Assembly (NCBI RefSeq): GCF_000143415.4
Contig: NW_003314349.1
Span: forward strand, 1-7,943
Source: Selaginella moellendorffii
Lineage: Eukaryota > Plantae > Lycopodiophyta
Direction: 5' to 3'
Length of the DNA: 7,943 nucleotides
In this document: positions 7,340-7,943 of the stretch, piece by piece
How positions within the stretch are numbered: the first letter of the stretch is position 1
Layout: each line of letters begins with the position of its first letter
Program-made: the position numbers and the translations under genes
The notes under the pieces: generated by a model
Databases searched by the model: none
Told to the model about the DNA's origin: nothing
Seen by the model: only the letters and a program-made list of their open reading frames with translations

Positions 7340-7943
7340 AAGGGGGGGAAAATGTTGCAAATGTGATTGTGGGTATTGAACATATGATTGTGGGTAACGG
7401 AGATAGTAGGGATAGTGGGTAATTCAGGTATGGCCGACCAACCTAAGGTATAATTTTATCTTTTGCTTGTGTGCCTATCCTTGTTCTATATCTGGTTTGG
7501 GTTTAAGACCAAATTCCATACCATACTAGCTAATGAAGTACCTATATCCTTGCATTATGCCACTTATATATTGAAATTGTGCTAAACTTTGTTTGGCTCT
7601 ATTTTGCATGTTGGTCCTAGCACTAGGATGCTGGATGCTCTAGAATTGTTCCTATGTCACTTTGTGTTTTTGTCCCTTTATTCCTTGGGCTTTATGTATT
7701 TCATGCTCCACTTCTTTCACTCCTAGAATTTATACTCAGGAGTTTGGCTCCATCCCTTCATTCAGTGGCCCAAGGCCTTGAAATTCAAGTTCTGCTCTGT
7801 ATGTGTTATGTGGCACATGATATGTGACATCCTTGAGATTTGCCCATTAATATTTTAGAAAATGGTTATAACATTCATTTACTATAGCTTGTTGATTGAT
7901 CCATTTACACTTGGAGTAAATTATTGGATGGAGAAGGTATGTA
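7340..7943 (+). mobile_element. Possible polypurine tract plus start of a 3' LTR of a second, + strand retrotransposon
   Basis: AAGGGGGGGAAAA (7340-7352) is immediately followed by TGTTG (7353), the usual PPT-LTR junction. The downstream sequence is non-coding and T-rich. The right boundary is not seen. Confidence 0.4.

Overview
Eukaryotic genomic DNA, probably from a plant. The ~50-nt GT-AG introns and a tRNA-iMet PBS suggest a compact-genome lineage such as Selaginella, but this is inference only. The left ~4.5 kb is one 5'-truncated, multi-exon + strand gene interrupted by a 100-N gap at 1601-1700. It has nine tiny introns (47-57 nt), about 515 codons before the gap and 802 after it. Read by eye, the protein has a ParB/Srx-like N-terminal domain, a degenerate beta-class DNA amino-methyltransferase-like domain, basic NLS-rich exons, a small helical domain, an acidic tract, Pro/Thr repeats and a C-terminal FCP1/NIF-type HAD domain (DLNGV). 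The most striking signal is a 22-bp palindrome, ATGGCRTG-N6-CAYGCCAT, with an invariant 6-bp spacer. It occurs 7 times across this gene's introns, coding exon and 3' UTR, and I found no copy after ~4850. The right ~3 kb holds LTR-retrotransposon remnants (PBS, LTR, gag-like fragment, PPT-like tracts) and a 24/12-bp minisatellite.
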